Assembly (NCBI RefSeq): GCF_006345805.1
Contig: NC_043012.1
Location: 48,422,001 to 48,486,000 of the forward strand
Length of the DNA: 64,000 nucleotides
Reading direction: 5' to 3'
Origin: Octopus sinensis
Lineage: Eukaryota
Under the pieces are notes generated by a model. It was not told where the DNA came from, made no database searches, and saw nothing but the letters and a program-made list of their open reading frames with translations. Positions 38,555 through 51,712 of this stretch are shown here, one piece after another. Position 1 is the first letter of the stretch, and the number at the start of each line of letters is the position of its first letter. Made by a program: the position numbers and the translations under genes.

Positions 38555-40055
38555 TTCTTTATTTGTGAATTAAAGCTATCATTCGTTTCTTGTTAACAAA
38601 ATTTAGGAAAATATCCTAGTGTCTTAACAATTTCTCAAGCCGATCACTTGGAGAAAGTTGTTCGCCTCCACTTTGGAAAACAGTCTCTCTATCAAATATG
38701 ATATGGACAAGGAAAGAAGGTGGAATAAGCAACGCCCAGAGAGAATGGAAAATTAAAATTAAAACCAAAAACTACAGTGGACGTGGTCCTAAATATAAAC
38801 TCTGCATTACTGAAAAATTAAGCATTATGCAATCAACAGATAACATCTTAAAAAGTGGAGATGAAACCCTCTCTCCCTGCATAAGCAAGCAATATTTTAC
38901 ACTCAAATATTTCCAAGATCCCTTATAAACGAGAGTAAATGTACCAGGATAGCCTCTTTACTAAACTTGAACACACATAGCACACGAACTTCACACAAAG
39001 AAGGAATATGCCCCAAAGAGGACCAACCCTTAACACACAAGTACAAGAACACCATGTCCAGAACAAAAACAAAATAAGTATTTCTTTATTGCCAACAGGG
39101 GGCTAAATATAGAGGTAACAAACAAGGATAGACAAACGGATTAAGTCGATTACATCGACGCCAATGCATAACTGGTACTTAAGTTATCGGTCTCAAAAGG
39201 ATGAAAGGCAAATCGGCCTCGGCAGAGTTTGAACTCAGAACGCAACGGCAGTCGAAATACCTATTTCTTTACCACCCACGAGGGGCCAAACACAGAGAGG
39301 ACAATCAAGGACAGACACACGGATCAAGTCGATTATATCGACCCCAGTGCGTAACTGGTACTTAATTTATCAACCCCAGAAGGATGAAAGGCAAAGTCGA
39401 CCTCGGCGGAATTTGAACTCAGAACGTAACGGCAGTCGAAATAGGGCTACGCATTTTGCCCAGCATGCTAACGTTTCTGCCAGCTCGCCGCCTTTAAATA
39501 GATAAAAATCAGTATATCAATTACCTATTTCTTTACTACCCACAAGGGGCTAAACACAGAGAGGACAAACAAGGACAGACAAACGGATTAAGCCGATTAC
39601 ATCGACCCCAGTGCGCAACCGGTACTTAATTTATCGACCCCGAAAGGATGAAAGACAAAGTGGAACTCGGCGGAATTTGAACTCAGAACATAACGGCAGT
39701 CGAAATACTGCTAAGCATTTCGCCCGACGTGCTAACGATTCTGCCAGCTCGCCACCCTAACAAAAACAAAATAATACAAACAAATTAATCTCAAAAAAGT
39801 ACCCAAAAGACAAATCTAAGGAAGAAAAACATTCAAAAGACGCCAGTCAAAAGTAACGTTCCTTGATTCATTGCTTCGTTGTTTCATTTCCGTGAATTTA
39901 CGAGAAATCTTGTGAACGAAGCTAGACTGTTTCCCAAAATGGATGCGAATACCTTTATCTTTTTGATCGGCTTGAAAAATTGTTAAGACACTAGGATGTT
40001 CACCTACTTTTCTTAACATGAAACTAATGGTAGCCTTAATTCACAAATGAAGAAT
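38555..40055 (+). mobile_element. Penelope-like element 3' relic with inverted terminal repeats of about 93 bp, interrupted by a SINE trimer
   Basis: ORF 38698-38928 with its upstream codons reads SLSNMIWTRKE..EWKI..NYS..KLCITEKLSIM..ETLSPC..YFTL, matching the PLE post-GIY-YIG C-terminal pattern (LSKYIW..W.I...CxLCxxEK); 38555-38647 is the reverse complement of about 39964-40055 (about 80% identical by eye). Confidence 0.65.
39078..39758 (-). mobile_element. Tandem trimer of SINE family A within one 16-bp TSD
   Basis: Copies at about 39078-39260 (5'-truncated), 39260-39491 and 39524-39758; aacaaaaacaaaataa at 39062-39077 and 39759-39774. Confidence 0.88.
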
Positions 40056-40600
40056 ATATACATAAGAATTAAGATATAAATGCAAATTAGGCAATCGTAC
40101 TCATACATTTATAAACTCGACTTAAAATGCGTATACATATATTAATACGTATCGACGCATATGTCTATTTAAAAAAAATATTCATAAAATATAACATATA
40201 TATAAATATACATAAAAACAGATGTAAATAAAATCCACGTGGGATACGTATGGAAAGAAGTGTGAGAATAACAGGACTGATAAAAAGTGAACTGATTTTT
40301 TTTTTGTATTGAAGTCAAAAGCGGTTGAGTTTCGATTAAAAGATCCATAGAGTTCAGTGTGTGTTTTTTATATAAATGCTATATAAGGTACATAATACAG
40401 TTCGAGGAGGTTCACTTTCAAGGGCCGTTTCAAGGGCCTATGTCCTGGTAGAAAAATTAATTAATCTTACAAACTATGTTTTCATCGGGAAAGGTATCCT
40501 CATTAAACTACATTCTTGTAATTATATATATATATATATATAACAGATGGCGAGAGAGAGAGAGAGAAATACTCATACATACATATATACATATGTATAT

Positions 40601-40664
<64 letters not shown>

Positions 40665-40685
40665 ATATAATATATATATATATAT

Positions 40686-40748
<63 letters not shown>

Positions 40749-40817
40749 CATACATACATGCATACATATATACACACATATATATATAAATACACACGTA
40801 CACACATATATATCTCT

Positions 40818-41212
40818 TTATTCCTTACTCTTTTATTTATTTCAGTCATTTGACTGCGGCCATGCTTCGGCCTTTAGTCGAGCAAATCGACCCCAGGACT
40901 TATTCTTTGTAAGCCTAGTACTTATTCTATCAGTCTTTTTTGCCAAACCGTTAAGTTACGGGGACGCAAACACACCACCATCGGTTGTCAAGCGATGTTG
41001 GGGGGGGACAAACAAAGACACACAAACATATATGTACATATACATACATACGACGGGCTTCTCTCAGTTTCCGTCTACCAAATCCACTCATAAGGCTTTG
41101 GTCGGCTCGAGGCTATAGTAGAAGACACTCACCCAAGGTGTCACTCAGTGGGACTGAACCTGGAACCATGTGGTTGGTAAGCAAGCTACTTACCACACAA
41201 CCACTCCTGCAC
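40818..41212 (-). mobile_element. SINE family B
   Basis: Full-length match to the 24058 copy. Confidence 0.9.
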
Positions 41213-41819
41213 CTATATATATGTTCCTAATTGAAGGCCACGTTTTTACACCTAGCTAATTGAAATTTTTAATGGCGACATATCTTCCAAAGTGGTTATA
41301 TATTTTTAAAGGTATTTTATAAAATGTCTTCCTTTTAGTTCCTGAGAGAAGAAGAACTAACAATATTATATGCCTCCAATCACTGCAATGCATTATTGTA
41401 AAATATTGCTGAATAGAAAAATGATTTATTGAAAGCACTTGTATAGATTTATACGGTGTTTTGAAAAAAATAAGATCTTTTCCCTTAAAATATAGGAATA
41501 AAATATTTTACTTGTATGTTTATTTTTGAGCATCTTCATAAATCTTAACTTGAACCATTTCCTGAATTGCATAGTTACAATGGATTCTAAGTGAATGAAT
41601 AACTCTGGAATAAGTGAATATTATTAGCAGCTTTTCAAAGCAGTTCATGCTAGATCTAGAGAATTCGTGTGATAATTAATTCAGATAAGAATACACACGA
41701 GCATAGCTGACTACGTATTTTTCTCAGTACTTCGATGGGATATTTTTAACTGGCTGACTGAAATACATATCTTGAATACCTACAACGTCTTAGATGCAAA
41801 GCAGACTTAAATGCTTTCA

Positions 41820-42665
41820 TAGGGGATTCGGGGATTAATTTAAATCTTTTTTTCTGTCTACTTTTTTCAGGAAGTGCATGATTTTTTGGTGAACTGTCAA
41901 CGGTGTTGGAGATCCTAAAGATTTAAGTTGTATTTGACAAAAAGTTAGCTGACATGCAGGACTGGAAACAGTCTGACTATTGGAAAAGAGTTTCCTGTAT
42001 CGGGATGATTCGCGCCGGGAATCCAAATGCCGATTTTATGAGAGCCAGTAAATGCTCTACGGACATTGTAAAGGCTGTATGACGTGACATAAACATCATA
42101 AAAGCCAGGTTCCCTCAAACTGTAATGGTTTTTTTAGAGTGCCTTTAATGAGGTCGACATGATGCCGCCCCACATCTTTGAACAGGATTTTAAGCTCAAT
42201 TCAAACAGCTAAGTGAAGCTGCTGGAGACCTTAATCAATCCCTGGCTAGGGAAGGTTACTGGTGGAAGGTCATATGCGAGGCAATAGGATTCGGTTCGTT
42301 GCTGTACCTCCAGAAAGAATCAGGAATGGTTGTCGGAGCATTCCTATGACTTCACCAGCCTCAATTTCTGGCGTCTTAATTCCCTTGATTGTAATCTCAT
42401 GGATTATTGTGTGTTGGTCGCAGTTAAGAAAGACTCCAATCATTCTGCATGCAATGCCAAGTCAAGTGAGTGTTCGATGATCTCCTCAGGAACACTGTGA
42501 GGAAAGCATGCACTTGGTTCCGTAGCTGTGTTCAATCCATGAAGGAAGCTAAGGGCGGCTACTCTGAGCTGACTGTTATCTCCCGGCCATAATCTGGTTG
42601 GTAGCTTTTGAACTTTTAAAATACTTTTATCTATGGACACTGCCAAATTTAATCCGAGCACCCTG
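41820..42665 (+). mobile_element. Internally deleted maT (DD37D) mariner-like relic
   Basis: N-terminal WKRVSCIGMIRAG joins ARFPQTVMVF; Q*D at 42288 to MD at 42402 has exactly 37 residues between the two Asp; right TIR aatccgagcaccctg, decayed left TIR at about 41820. Confidence 0.82.
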
Positions 42666-42989
42666 TGAATGTGAAGTTGGGGCATCCATGTTGCAACGCA
42701 TATGTCAGGTATTTGGTAGCATGGTCAGATGTTGACTAGCATATGAGTGACATCCATCATAGAGTTCTTTTCTTCACTTCTTCTATTCAAATAAAATACC
42801 ATTTTAAGCATAAAGGAATGCCATATTTATAACTGCTTAGTTGCCCCTTATAGGATATTTATCGCACAACAATCATTTTATGTTGGATAAGCAATATAAA
42901 ATTACGATACCAACGTCGTAATAGAGATATTCAATTGATGGATCAAAATCAGGAAATTCTGTTCTTTAATATAATGTGGCAATTGTATT

Positions 42990-43790
42990 TGAAGTTAACC
43001 ATAAGATCGATTCATCACATCGAAATATCCCATCCATATATCTCATCGATATAACATATACATATATATATGGCCGGATGTGTGTATGTATAGTTATAAT
43101 ATATATCACGTTGGTACAGAACTTTGATATATCACATCGATTTAGCATATCGATGTATCATAACAATACATCACAACAATTCAGCTGCACTAAACATTGT
43201 TACATAATGTCGATAGACTATTTCATTGTGTCGGTCCAAAACAATAAAACAACTCATGAATTCCTCCTATTGATACATCACATCAAAACATCAAAACATT
43301 TGCATTGTATCGATAGATTATATTGGTACATCACAACGATGCATCATATCGATATTTCGCATTAACAATCATAGCGATGCATTGATTATCACGTCGGTAC
43401 ATCATATCGATATTTCACATCGATACTTCATATCTGTGTCTCGATATATCACGTCGAATTGTCATATCGATACATCATATTGAATCATATCAGCACACTA
43501 CATCGATAAATTATATCAATAGATCACATCGATCTACTATATCGCTATATAATATAAATGGATTACATCGATCGATCATACCAGTACATTATATCGATAA
43601 ATCACATCGATGGATCAAATCGATGCATCACATCGATATATCGTGCCGATGAATCGATGTATCTCCTAAGTGCATCATATCGATATTTCACATCAATATG
43701 TTTTATCCATACATCGCAATGGTTCAATCTCTATTTGCACCATTATTACTATCAGGATTTCGATTATGGAATGTGATGTGCGATACCATT
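42990..43790. repeat. Cryptic degenerate satellite rich in ATCGAT (catcgatatatca-like units)
   Basis: Many cacatcgat and atatcgat motifs over about 800 bp. Confidence 0.8.
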
Positions 43791-45234
43791 GCCACGCTAG
43801 TATCGCTATTATTCGTCAGTCATCAGTAGAAGAGTCATAATCGTCACCATCATCATCTTAATTCGCACATGTATCATCAGTCACCAATGCTATCATCACA
43901 GTCGTTATCATCACATCCCACTCTATCATTAACAACCTTTCTGACCAGCAAACTGCACAGTCTCTACGTGATCTACAGTCCATCCAGAAATAGCAGACAA
44001 TATCTTTCCCAGCTTTTATCGCTTTTCTTTTATATAATCACAAGCGTTTTCTGTGCCTAGAGAATTCCTCATGGTCTCAGCTAGAATGGCTAAGACCACC
44101 AGCCTTTTTAATTAAGGCTGATTTGCAGCTAAACAACAATCCTTATGACCAATAAGCTTTCACACCGATAAGTTAGGGAGCAGGAGTGCAGATAGTACAA
44201 CTACACCCCCTAATTTTTTTTTCGTGATGGTGCAAAGAAAACGGTCTGACTAGCCTCATGAAAAACTGGGTTTCTACGCCTTAAGCAAATTTCGTTCCCG
44301 CAGCTATGTATGTCCCCACTGTCGTTGGATATGCTAAAAGTAGCAGAGAAATCACTGTCGATCTTTAAAAACAGAAATGGCACATAGTATGACGGGCCTT
44401 CCCTTTGATTTCAACTACCTACTCATTAAATAAACGTGTACGGCTTGAGTATCTCGCAGGCATATGTATCGTTAGCCTGACATTATATGTGACTAACCTG
44501 GATCCTTGTATTACAGCTAGACGCCATTGCCAGGCTTGCAATTGGCTGGACTGTTTTTGAGCATAGAGCTCGATCAACAATAAGGATTATCATCAAAGTC
44601 ACTATCACCAAATCACTGCATTACTATATTCACTACGTCTGTTACTATTATCGTCACTATCACCATTATCACTGTATACATAATAAGCAGACAAGGCTAA
44701 TTCTTTCACTGTTTGAGCCTGGAAGACAGGACATGGCTACTGAAAACTCTCCAAGATTGCTAAGATTCATGTATTAAGGATCTGCTTGAAATGTTTGTGC
44801 GAAAGGCACGAATAGGAAGAGGAATTCAGAAAGTCGACATTCTAAAGCAGAAAGACCTGATATAATGATGAGTGTGAGGCCTAAAGGGATTTGACGGAGA
44901 GAGAGTTGAAATAAGGAGGGATGAATCAGAAGTCTTTAAATGTAGGTGGCGCGATCCCAGCAACTTCGTATATAAGTAGAGGTCATTGTGGCAACAGAAG
45001 AAAGATGTGATAGCGTACCTGTGGGCCTGTCTAGATCCTGGCTGGAATGTTTGATTATAAGTCTGCTTAATCAGATGCGATTCAAGGATAAGCAACAACA
45101 CATTATTACATCTAATATTACCATCGCCATAAAGTGCGGCGAGCTGCAGCAGCGCTGGATTAACCATTAAGCAAAATGAGCAAGTGATTAGGGCATCAAG
45201 GGAAGGCGAGGGCACCACAGAAATGGTAAATGGT

Positions 45235-45575
45235 TTACGGCACAAAAGAAATCACTTTAAACTTGCTAAAATAATATTCAGGATGCCTTTATCTCTGCTA
45301 AGTATAGATGCAGGTGTGTTACCTAAGATTAATTTTGAGGATCTGATCAAAGACTTTGCAATTCAAAAAAGTAGGAGGAAACTTTTCAAATATAAATAAA
45401 GTGGAAGTATACCAAAGAAAACATTATTTTCCTTCTTACTGTTTTGTTTTGTTTTGAAAAAATAAAAATTAATTTTATGGTTTGTTATTGTTCATATTTT
45501 GAATTATATAATCTTTTATGGGAACACCAAAATGTTTTAAGTGCTTAGGGCCTCGATGGATCTTAATCCGGCCCA
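45235..45575 (+). mobile_element. hAT transposon 3' end (dimerization domain and TIR)
   Basis: LSLLSIDAGVLPKINFEDLIKDFAIQKSRRKLF, then an AT-rich 3' region ending tcttaatccggccc. Confidence 0.72.
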
Positions 45576-45720
45576 GGTTGCCAGAATCATTAACCTCGCC
45601 GGGCAAAATGTTTTGCGACGTTTTGTCTGTCTTTACGTTATGAGTTCAAATTCCGCCCGAGGTCGACTTTGCCCTTCATCTTTTCGTGGTTTATAATCGA
45701 CTTACTCCACCGCTAAACAT
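45575..45720 (+). mobile_element. SINE family A, partial
   Basis: gccagaatcatta..gagttcaaattccgcc..gtcgactttgcc. Confidence 0.7.
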
Positions 45721-45924
45721 TACTGACTCTGTGACAAAATTTGAATTTAATATTACTATCACCACTGGTACCATTACAAGCAGTTCCAATTACAATAAAT
45801 TTGACCGCAGAAATAACATCTGTAAGAACCATATTACCATAAATCTACAACCAGGAAGTTTGTCCGAGGTCGTTTGACTCGCTAAAAGTAGCAGCCATAC
45901 CGTCTTCTAATCTAATCCCACTCT

Positions 45925-46322
45925 TTTCTCTTTTCAATTTTTACTTGTTTCAGTCATTTGCCTGCGGCCATGCTGGAGCACCGCCTTTAGTCGAGCAAAT
46001 CGACCCCAGGACTTATTCTTTGTAAGCCTAGTACTTATTCTATCGGTCTCTTTTTGCCAAACCGCTAAGTTACGGAGACGTAAACACACCAGCATCGGTT
46101 GTCAAGCGATGTAGGGGGGACAAACACAGGCACACAAACATATACACACACATGCATATATATATGCATATATACGACGGGCTTCTTTGAGTTTCCGTCT
46201 ACCAGATCCACTCACAAGGCTTTGATCGGCCCGAGGCTATAGTAGGAGACACTTGCCCAATATGCCACGCAGTAGGAATGAACCCGGAACCATGTGGTTG
46301 GTAAACAAGCTACTTATCACAC
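45925..46322 (-). mobile_element. SINE family B
   Basis: Full-length match to the 24058 copy. Confidence 0.9.
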
Positions 46323-46734
46323 GTATTAGAAAAGAAGACGTTGAACTATGTAGTCCTAAATATATAAAGAAAAGGCAGGATGGTCCTGGCAGGATGGTCG
46401 TGGCAGGATGGTCGTGGCAGGCAAACTTAAATGTCTACACGATGAAGATTCACCTAAAGCAAGAAGCAGTATCAATAATAGCAGTAATAATATCAGCAAT
46501 AGCAATAATAACGAATAACTATGATGAATCACAGAAGATGGCTCTACATAGTCCTATACCTAGTAGAAATAGCAGTCAAATCTCCTGCGAATTACGTTCC
46601 TACCGGTTTAAAAGTGACGGGACACATTTTGCGATCTAGTACCGCATACACTGACTAAAACAAAAAAAAAAGACGTGACAAACACGACTGGGATATTTTC
46701 AATCATTAGATCTGAACTAATCAGAAGCTGAACG

Positions 46735-46772
46735 GTAACTACTACTACTACTACCACCACCACCATCACTTC

Positions 46773-46804
<32 letters not shown>

Positions 46805-47160
46805 TCACCACTACTACTACTATTACTACTACTACTGCTACTGCAGCTGCTACTACTACTACGACTACTACTACCACCACCATCACCACCGCTACTACTA
46901 TTACTACTACTACTGCTACTGCAGCTTCTACTACTACTACGACTACTACTACCACCACCATCACCACTACTACTACTATTACTACTACTACTGCTACTGC
47001 AGCTGCAACTACTACTACGACTAGTACTACCACCACCATCACCACTACTACTACTATTACTACTACAACTACTACTGCTGCTGCAGCTGCTGTTGTTGTT
47101 GTTGTTGCTGCTGTTGCTGCTGCTGTTGCCGCTGCTGCTGTAACTGCTGTTGCTGCTGCA
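46735..47160. repeat. Trinucleotide-derived minisatellite with a 78-bp higher-order unit, about 4 copies
   Basis: ctgcagct recurs at about 46841, 46919, 46997 and 47081. Confidence 0.85.
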
Positions 47161-47498
47161 ACGTCAGTAGATTCGCCGACCATAACGACAACAATCAAAC
47201 AGCAATGATCGACAACAACAACAACAACATGAACAAAACTAGAAGGGGCAGCAACAAGCACCTTTACAAGTAAAAAAAGAAAAGCCAACCACGACGACGA
47301 CGACGACGACGACGACGGCAACGGCAGCAACAACAACAACAACATCAAGACTCTCTCGACAGTCACAGACCCTTCACTCAATCTTTTAGATATCGATTGT
47401 CTTTTTTGCCCTCCTAGAAATTCCCTAATCAGGAAAAAAATCAATCAATAAGAAGGGAATATACAGATCGCCATCCTACAATGTGAAAACACATACAC

Positions 47499-47545
<47 letters not shown>

Positions 47546-48391
47546 AAACACACACATGAACATATCACGATTCCACAGATACACACACCTCAAACACACG
47601 TAACAAACGACAAATAAACACAAACACACACTAAAATACACATCCTTAAAGCTACTTACACGCTATGCCTGTACTTACTCATACGTAGGGCCTCAGCTAT
47701 CAATATGAGCTGAGCTGTGTGTCATTTGATATTATCAGCTATTAAGAAGCCATCATAATTCCGGCAGCCATTTTTTACTTCATCTATTTGTGCTTTTTAA
47801 ATCTCCCTACTCCCTTCTACCCGGCATACTACTTTTTTTTCCCTCGTAAACGACTCTCTTCTCTTTCCTTTCAACCCCACTCTCGTTCCTACCTTCGATC
47901 CTCATCTCCTTTGCTTCTCTTTGCTGCACTCACGGCGTAATAGAAGAATAAAGGAGAGAGAGAGAGAGAGAGCAGTTACATCCTATTGAGGTTAGTAGGA
48001 CATGTATGAGCAACAATGGTATCTTGGTGCAAAGATATGACAGCAGGTGATATTCAGAGAGAGAGAGAGAGAGAGAGAATGTGTGAGGGGGAGAAGAGAG
48101 AGAGGGGAAAAGAGGGCAAGGTAGATAGAGAGAGGAAGAGAAGAAGAGGATAAAGGAATAATTTCTCAGATAAAGTGATTGCTTTGTTGCAACCCTGCAG
48201 CCGAATGTGCACAGCCTTTGCTGCCGAACTTGCAATAACTGCGATGATACGTGCACATTACACTCTTTTACTAAACTCGGTAGCAATTTCAATAGTTCTG
48301 AATGTGTCGTCTGACTACGTGAGTGCTTGTATGCTTCTGTGCGCGTTTATATACATACACATATAATGCATACATATACGTATATATATAT

Positions 48392-48423
<32 letters not shown>

Positions 48424-48620
48424 ATTTGTATTCTATATTGCAATCCGTGAACAACAAACGACGTCGATATCAATTGACGGAAGACACACACAGTCGCATG
48501 CACGCACTGGTAACTGTGTGTGTATGTATGTATGTATGTACTGTATGTATGTATGTATGCATGTATGTATGTATGTATGTATGTATGTGCAGGTACATAT
48601 ACGCTTGTGCATATCTACAT

Positions 48621-48670
<50 letters not shown>

Positions 48671-48753
48671 ATATATATGCATACATATATATACACATGT
48701 GTGTATATTTATGTATATATATGTGCATATATATATATGTATACACGCACATT

Positions 48754-48791
<38 letters not shown>

Positions 48792-48847
48792 CATACATGC
48801 ATACATACATACATACATACATACAAACATATAAATATATACACATA

Positions 48848-50366
48848 CAGTGGGGAGAAATAAATATTCGTACACATCAAAATTCTTTATTTATTTAATT
48901 TCTAATGAACGTAAATGGGATATGCCAATACTATATTTGCATACACATGCATAAACTAAGAATATGCAAAAAGAAACTAATAAATTATAGTAACTAATGA
49001 ATATTATATACAATTATAAATATTTAGGGGTGAAAAAAGTATTTTTTCTATGCCACAAAATACTGTTAAAATTTTTTTTTTTTACTAGAACTTTCTCGTT
49101 TGTTCCAATAATCTTATCAGTTGTCATTTTTATGCGTCAAAGCGCTAGCTTCTTCATTCAGCACTGAGACAACATAAAGTAGTATCGTAATAATGGCGAA
49201 AAGTAAAGAACTCACAAATTCAGTGAAAAACTTAATTATTGAACAGTGGAAAGCAGGTAAAAGTTACAAGAAAATATCAGAGACCCTTTGTATTCCATTT
49301 TCTACCATATCTTCATTTATTCAAAGATATAAAAAAAAATCGTGAACTTGCACCACGCAAGATTTCCCCTAGATCTTTAAGAAAAATGAAGCGAAGAATC
49401 GAAAAAAACGCAATGATCACCAGAAAGGAGTTGCAAGAAGATTCGTTAGCTTCAGGGACTAGTGTTACACTATGAAGAATCAGCAATGAACTTCATGGGC
49501 ATGAACTGAAATCACGCTCTCCTAGAAAAACTCCGCTGTTGACTAAAAGGCATAGAGATGCCCGTTTAAAATTTGTTTATGAACATAAAGATAAATCTGA
49601 GACATTCTGGGAAAATGTTCTATGGACAGACGAGTCGAAAATTGAATTGTTCGGACGAAATTCGCGTAGCCATGTTCGGAGGAAAGAGGGTACCGCCTAT
49701 TCGCCGAAAAACACAATTCCTGCCGTAAAGTTTGGAGGTGGTATAGGGTTGTTTCTCTGCAAATTGTACTGGCAAATTACATGTGATAGATGGTAGAATG
49801 AATGCAGAGACGTACCAAAATATTTTGAACAATGACTTATGGGACTCTGTAGAAAAGCTCCAGCTTTGTGAAGGGTGGGTTTTACAACAGGATAATGACC
49901 TTAAGCACACAGTGAAGTCTACCAAAAATGGATCGTCGATCACAATATAAAATTATTAGAATGGCCAAGTCAGTAGCCTGACTTGAATCCCATTGAAAAT
50001 TTGTGGCATTATTTGAAAATTAAAATTCAGATTTGAAGAAAATTTGTCAAGAAGAATGGGAAAAAATTCCTAAAGAAACATGCGAGTCATTGATTAAGAA
50101 CTACTAGAAGAGATTGGTTGAAGTGGAACTGAATAATGGTCGTGCTACGAAGTATTAAATCAGAATTATCAGTTATTTATGTTCTGTACGAATACGTTTT
50201 TCACCCCTAAATATTTATAATTGAATATAAATTCCTTTGTTACTATAATTTATTAGTTTCTTTATGCATGTCTATGCAAATATAGTATTGGTATATCCCA
50301 TTTATATTCATTAGAAATTAAATAAATAAAGAATTTTGACGTACGAATACTTATTTCCCCCCACTG
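48848..50366 (+). mobile_element. Full-length Tc1-family DNA transposon with long IR/DR-type TIRs, dead
   Basis: TIRs begin cagtgggg, about 180-190 bp (48848-49040 and 50186-50366), internal direct repeat gtacgaatac; TA TSD at 48846-47 and 50367-68; length 1519 bp. Confidence 0.95.
49193..50158 (+). pseudogene. Tc1 transposase pseudogene (DD34E)
   Basis: MAKSKELT..., WTDESKIELFG, QQDND, WPSQ*PDLNPIENLW, ..ATKY*; D-to-E spacing is 34 after correcting one frameshift; several stops. Confidence 0.9.
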
Positions 50367-50885
50367 TACATACATAGATATGCATGTATGTTTATCTATA
50401 TGTTTATATCCATCTTCATCTCTTTATCGCTAAGTATTTCGCTAGTTGTCTGCCTTTTGTCTGTCTTTACTTATGTATATATGCATGTATAAAGATTCTT
50501 TTAAGTTGTCACATGTAACCCAGTATGATTTGATAATACAATTTTTTCTTTAACGTAACGAAGAATTTTCCTCGGCGATGTTTTGCACATTGGTGGGACT
50601 GCGCGCCAAATATTGCACACCGTTGTTCTCATTACCCACACTCAGTACCTTGCTGACAATTTTTCTATCTTTTCTTCTTATTTCACTATCTATACCTTTT
50701 GTTCTTTACTTCATGACCCATCCTGCCTCTTCCAGTCAATTACAGTGTCCTCGCACGCAGTCACCATCAAGCCACTCGCGTTATTGAGGTACCATTATAA
50801 TGGAATTTTTATGTCCTCTGTGATTTCATATCCCAGCTGCGTATAAAGGTCAGCCTAGAGGATCCTAGGGCACTCCATACGGGTG

Positions 50886-50933
<48 letters not shown>

Positions 50934-51218
50934 GATATCAAAAGGGTAATCAGAAATATTAGAAATTTCCATTACCAGTGGCCTAGCGTGTAAAAATCTA
51001 AGGTGTACCTGCTGAAGAAGACCTCGCCTACCAAATTATTTTATTTGCTAAAAAAAAGACTGAAACCATTGTCCAGGAGTTAGATGATAAATGTTTTTTT
51101 TTTAATTTTTCATTCCCTTCAAAATTTTATCCCTAATAGTGGTTTGGAATTTAACTGTTCTCTCTAGCATGCAAGGAATCCTATGATGGATGCCTCTTAA
51201 GTGTTTAAAAGTACACTG

Positions 51219-51280
<62 letters not shown>

Positions 51281-51319
51281 TGTATGTATATGTATATGTG
51301 TATGTATATATATATATGC

Positions 51320-51511
51320 ATATATATATCGTGGCTATGTGATAAAAAAGTTCACATGGTTCCGGATTCAGTCACACTGCCTGGTACCTTGGATAACTGC
51401 CTTCCTTTTTGGGCTCGGACCGACAGAAGCCTCGTGAGCAGATATGATAGCGGGAAACTAAAAGAAGCCACTCTTATGTATATGTGCGCGCGTTTGTGTG
51501 TGTGTGTGTGT

Positions 51512-51551
<40 letters not shown>

Positions 51552-51700
51552 TGTGTCTGTGTTTGTAGCCCACCACCGCTTAACAACCGGGTCTGGTGTG
51601 TTTACGTTCCCGTACTAATAAGGACTGGAATCGATTCACTCGACTAAAAATTCTTCAAGGTAGTAGCCCAGCATGGCCGCAGTCTAATGGCTGAAGTAAA
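51320..51700 (+). mobile_element. SINE family B, diverged
   Basis: gtggctatgtgataaaaaag head, (GT)n middle, cagcatggccgcagtctaatggctgaa tail. Confidence 0.75.
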
Positions 51701-51712
51701 TTAAAGCTAAAA

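Noticed and set aside
46608-47444. 278-aa Val-rich minus-strand ORF
   Set aside because: Antisense reading of the trinucleotide minisatellite.
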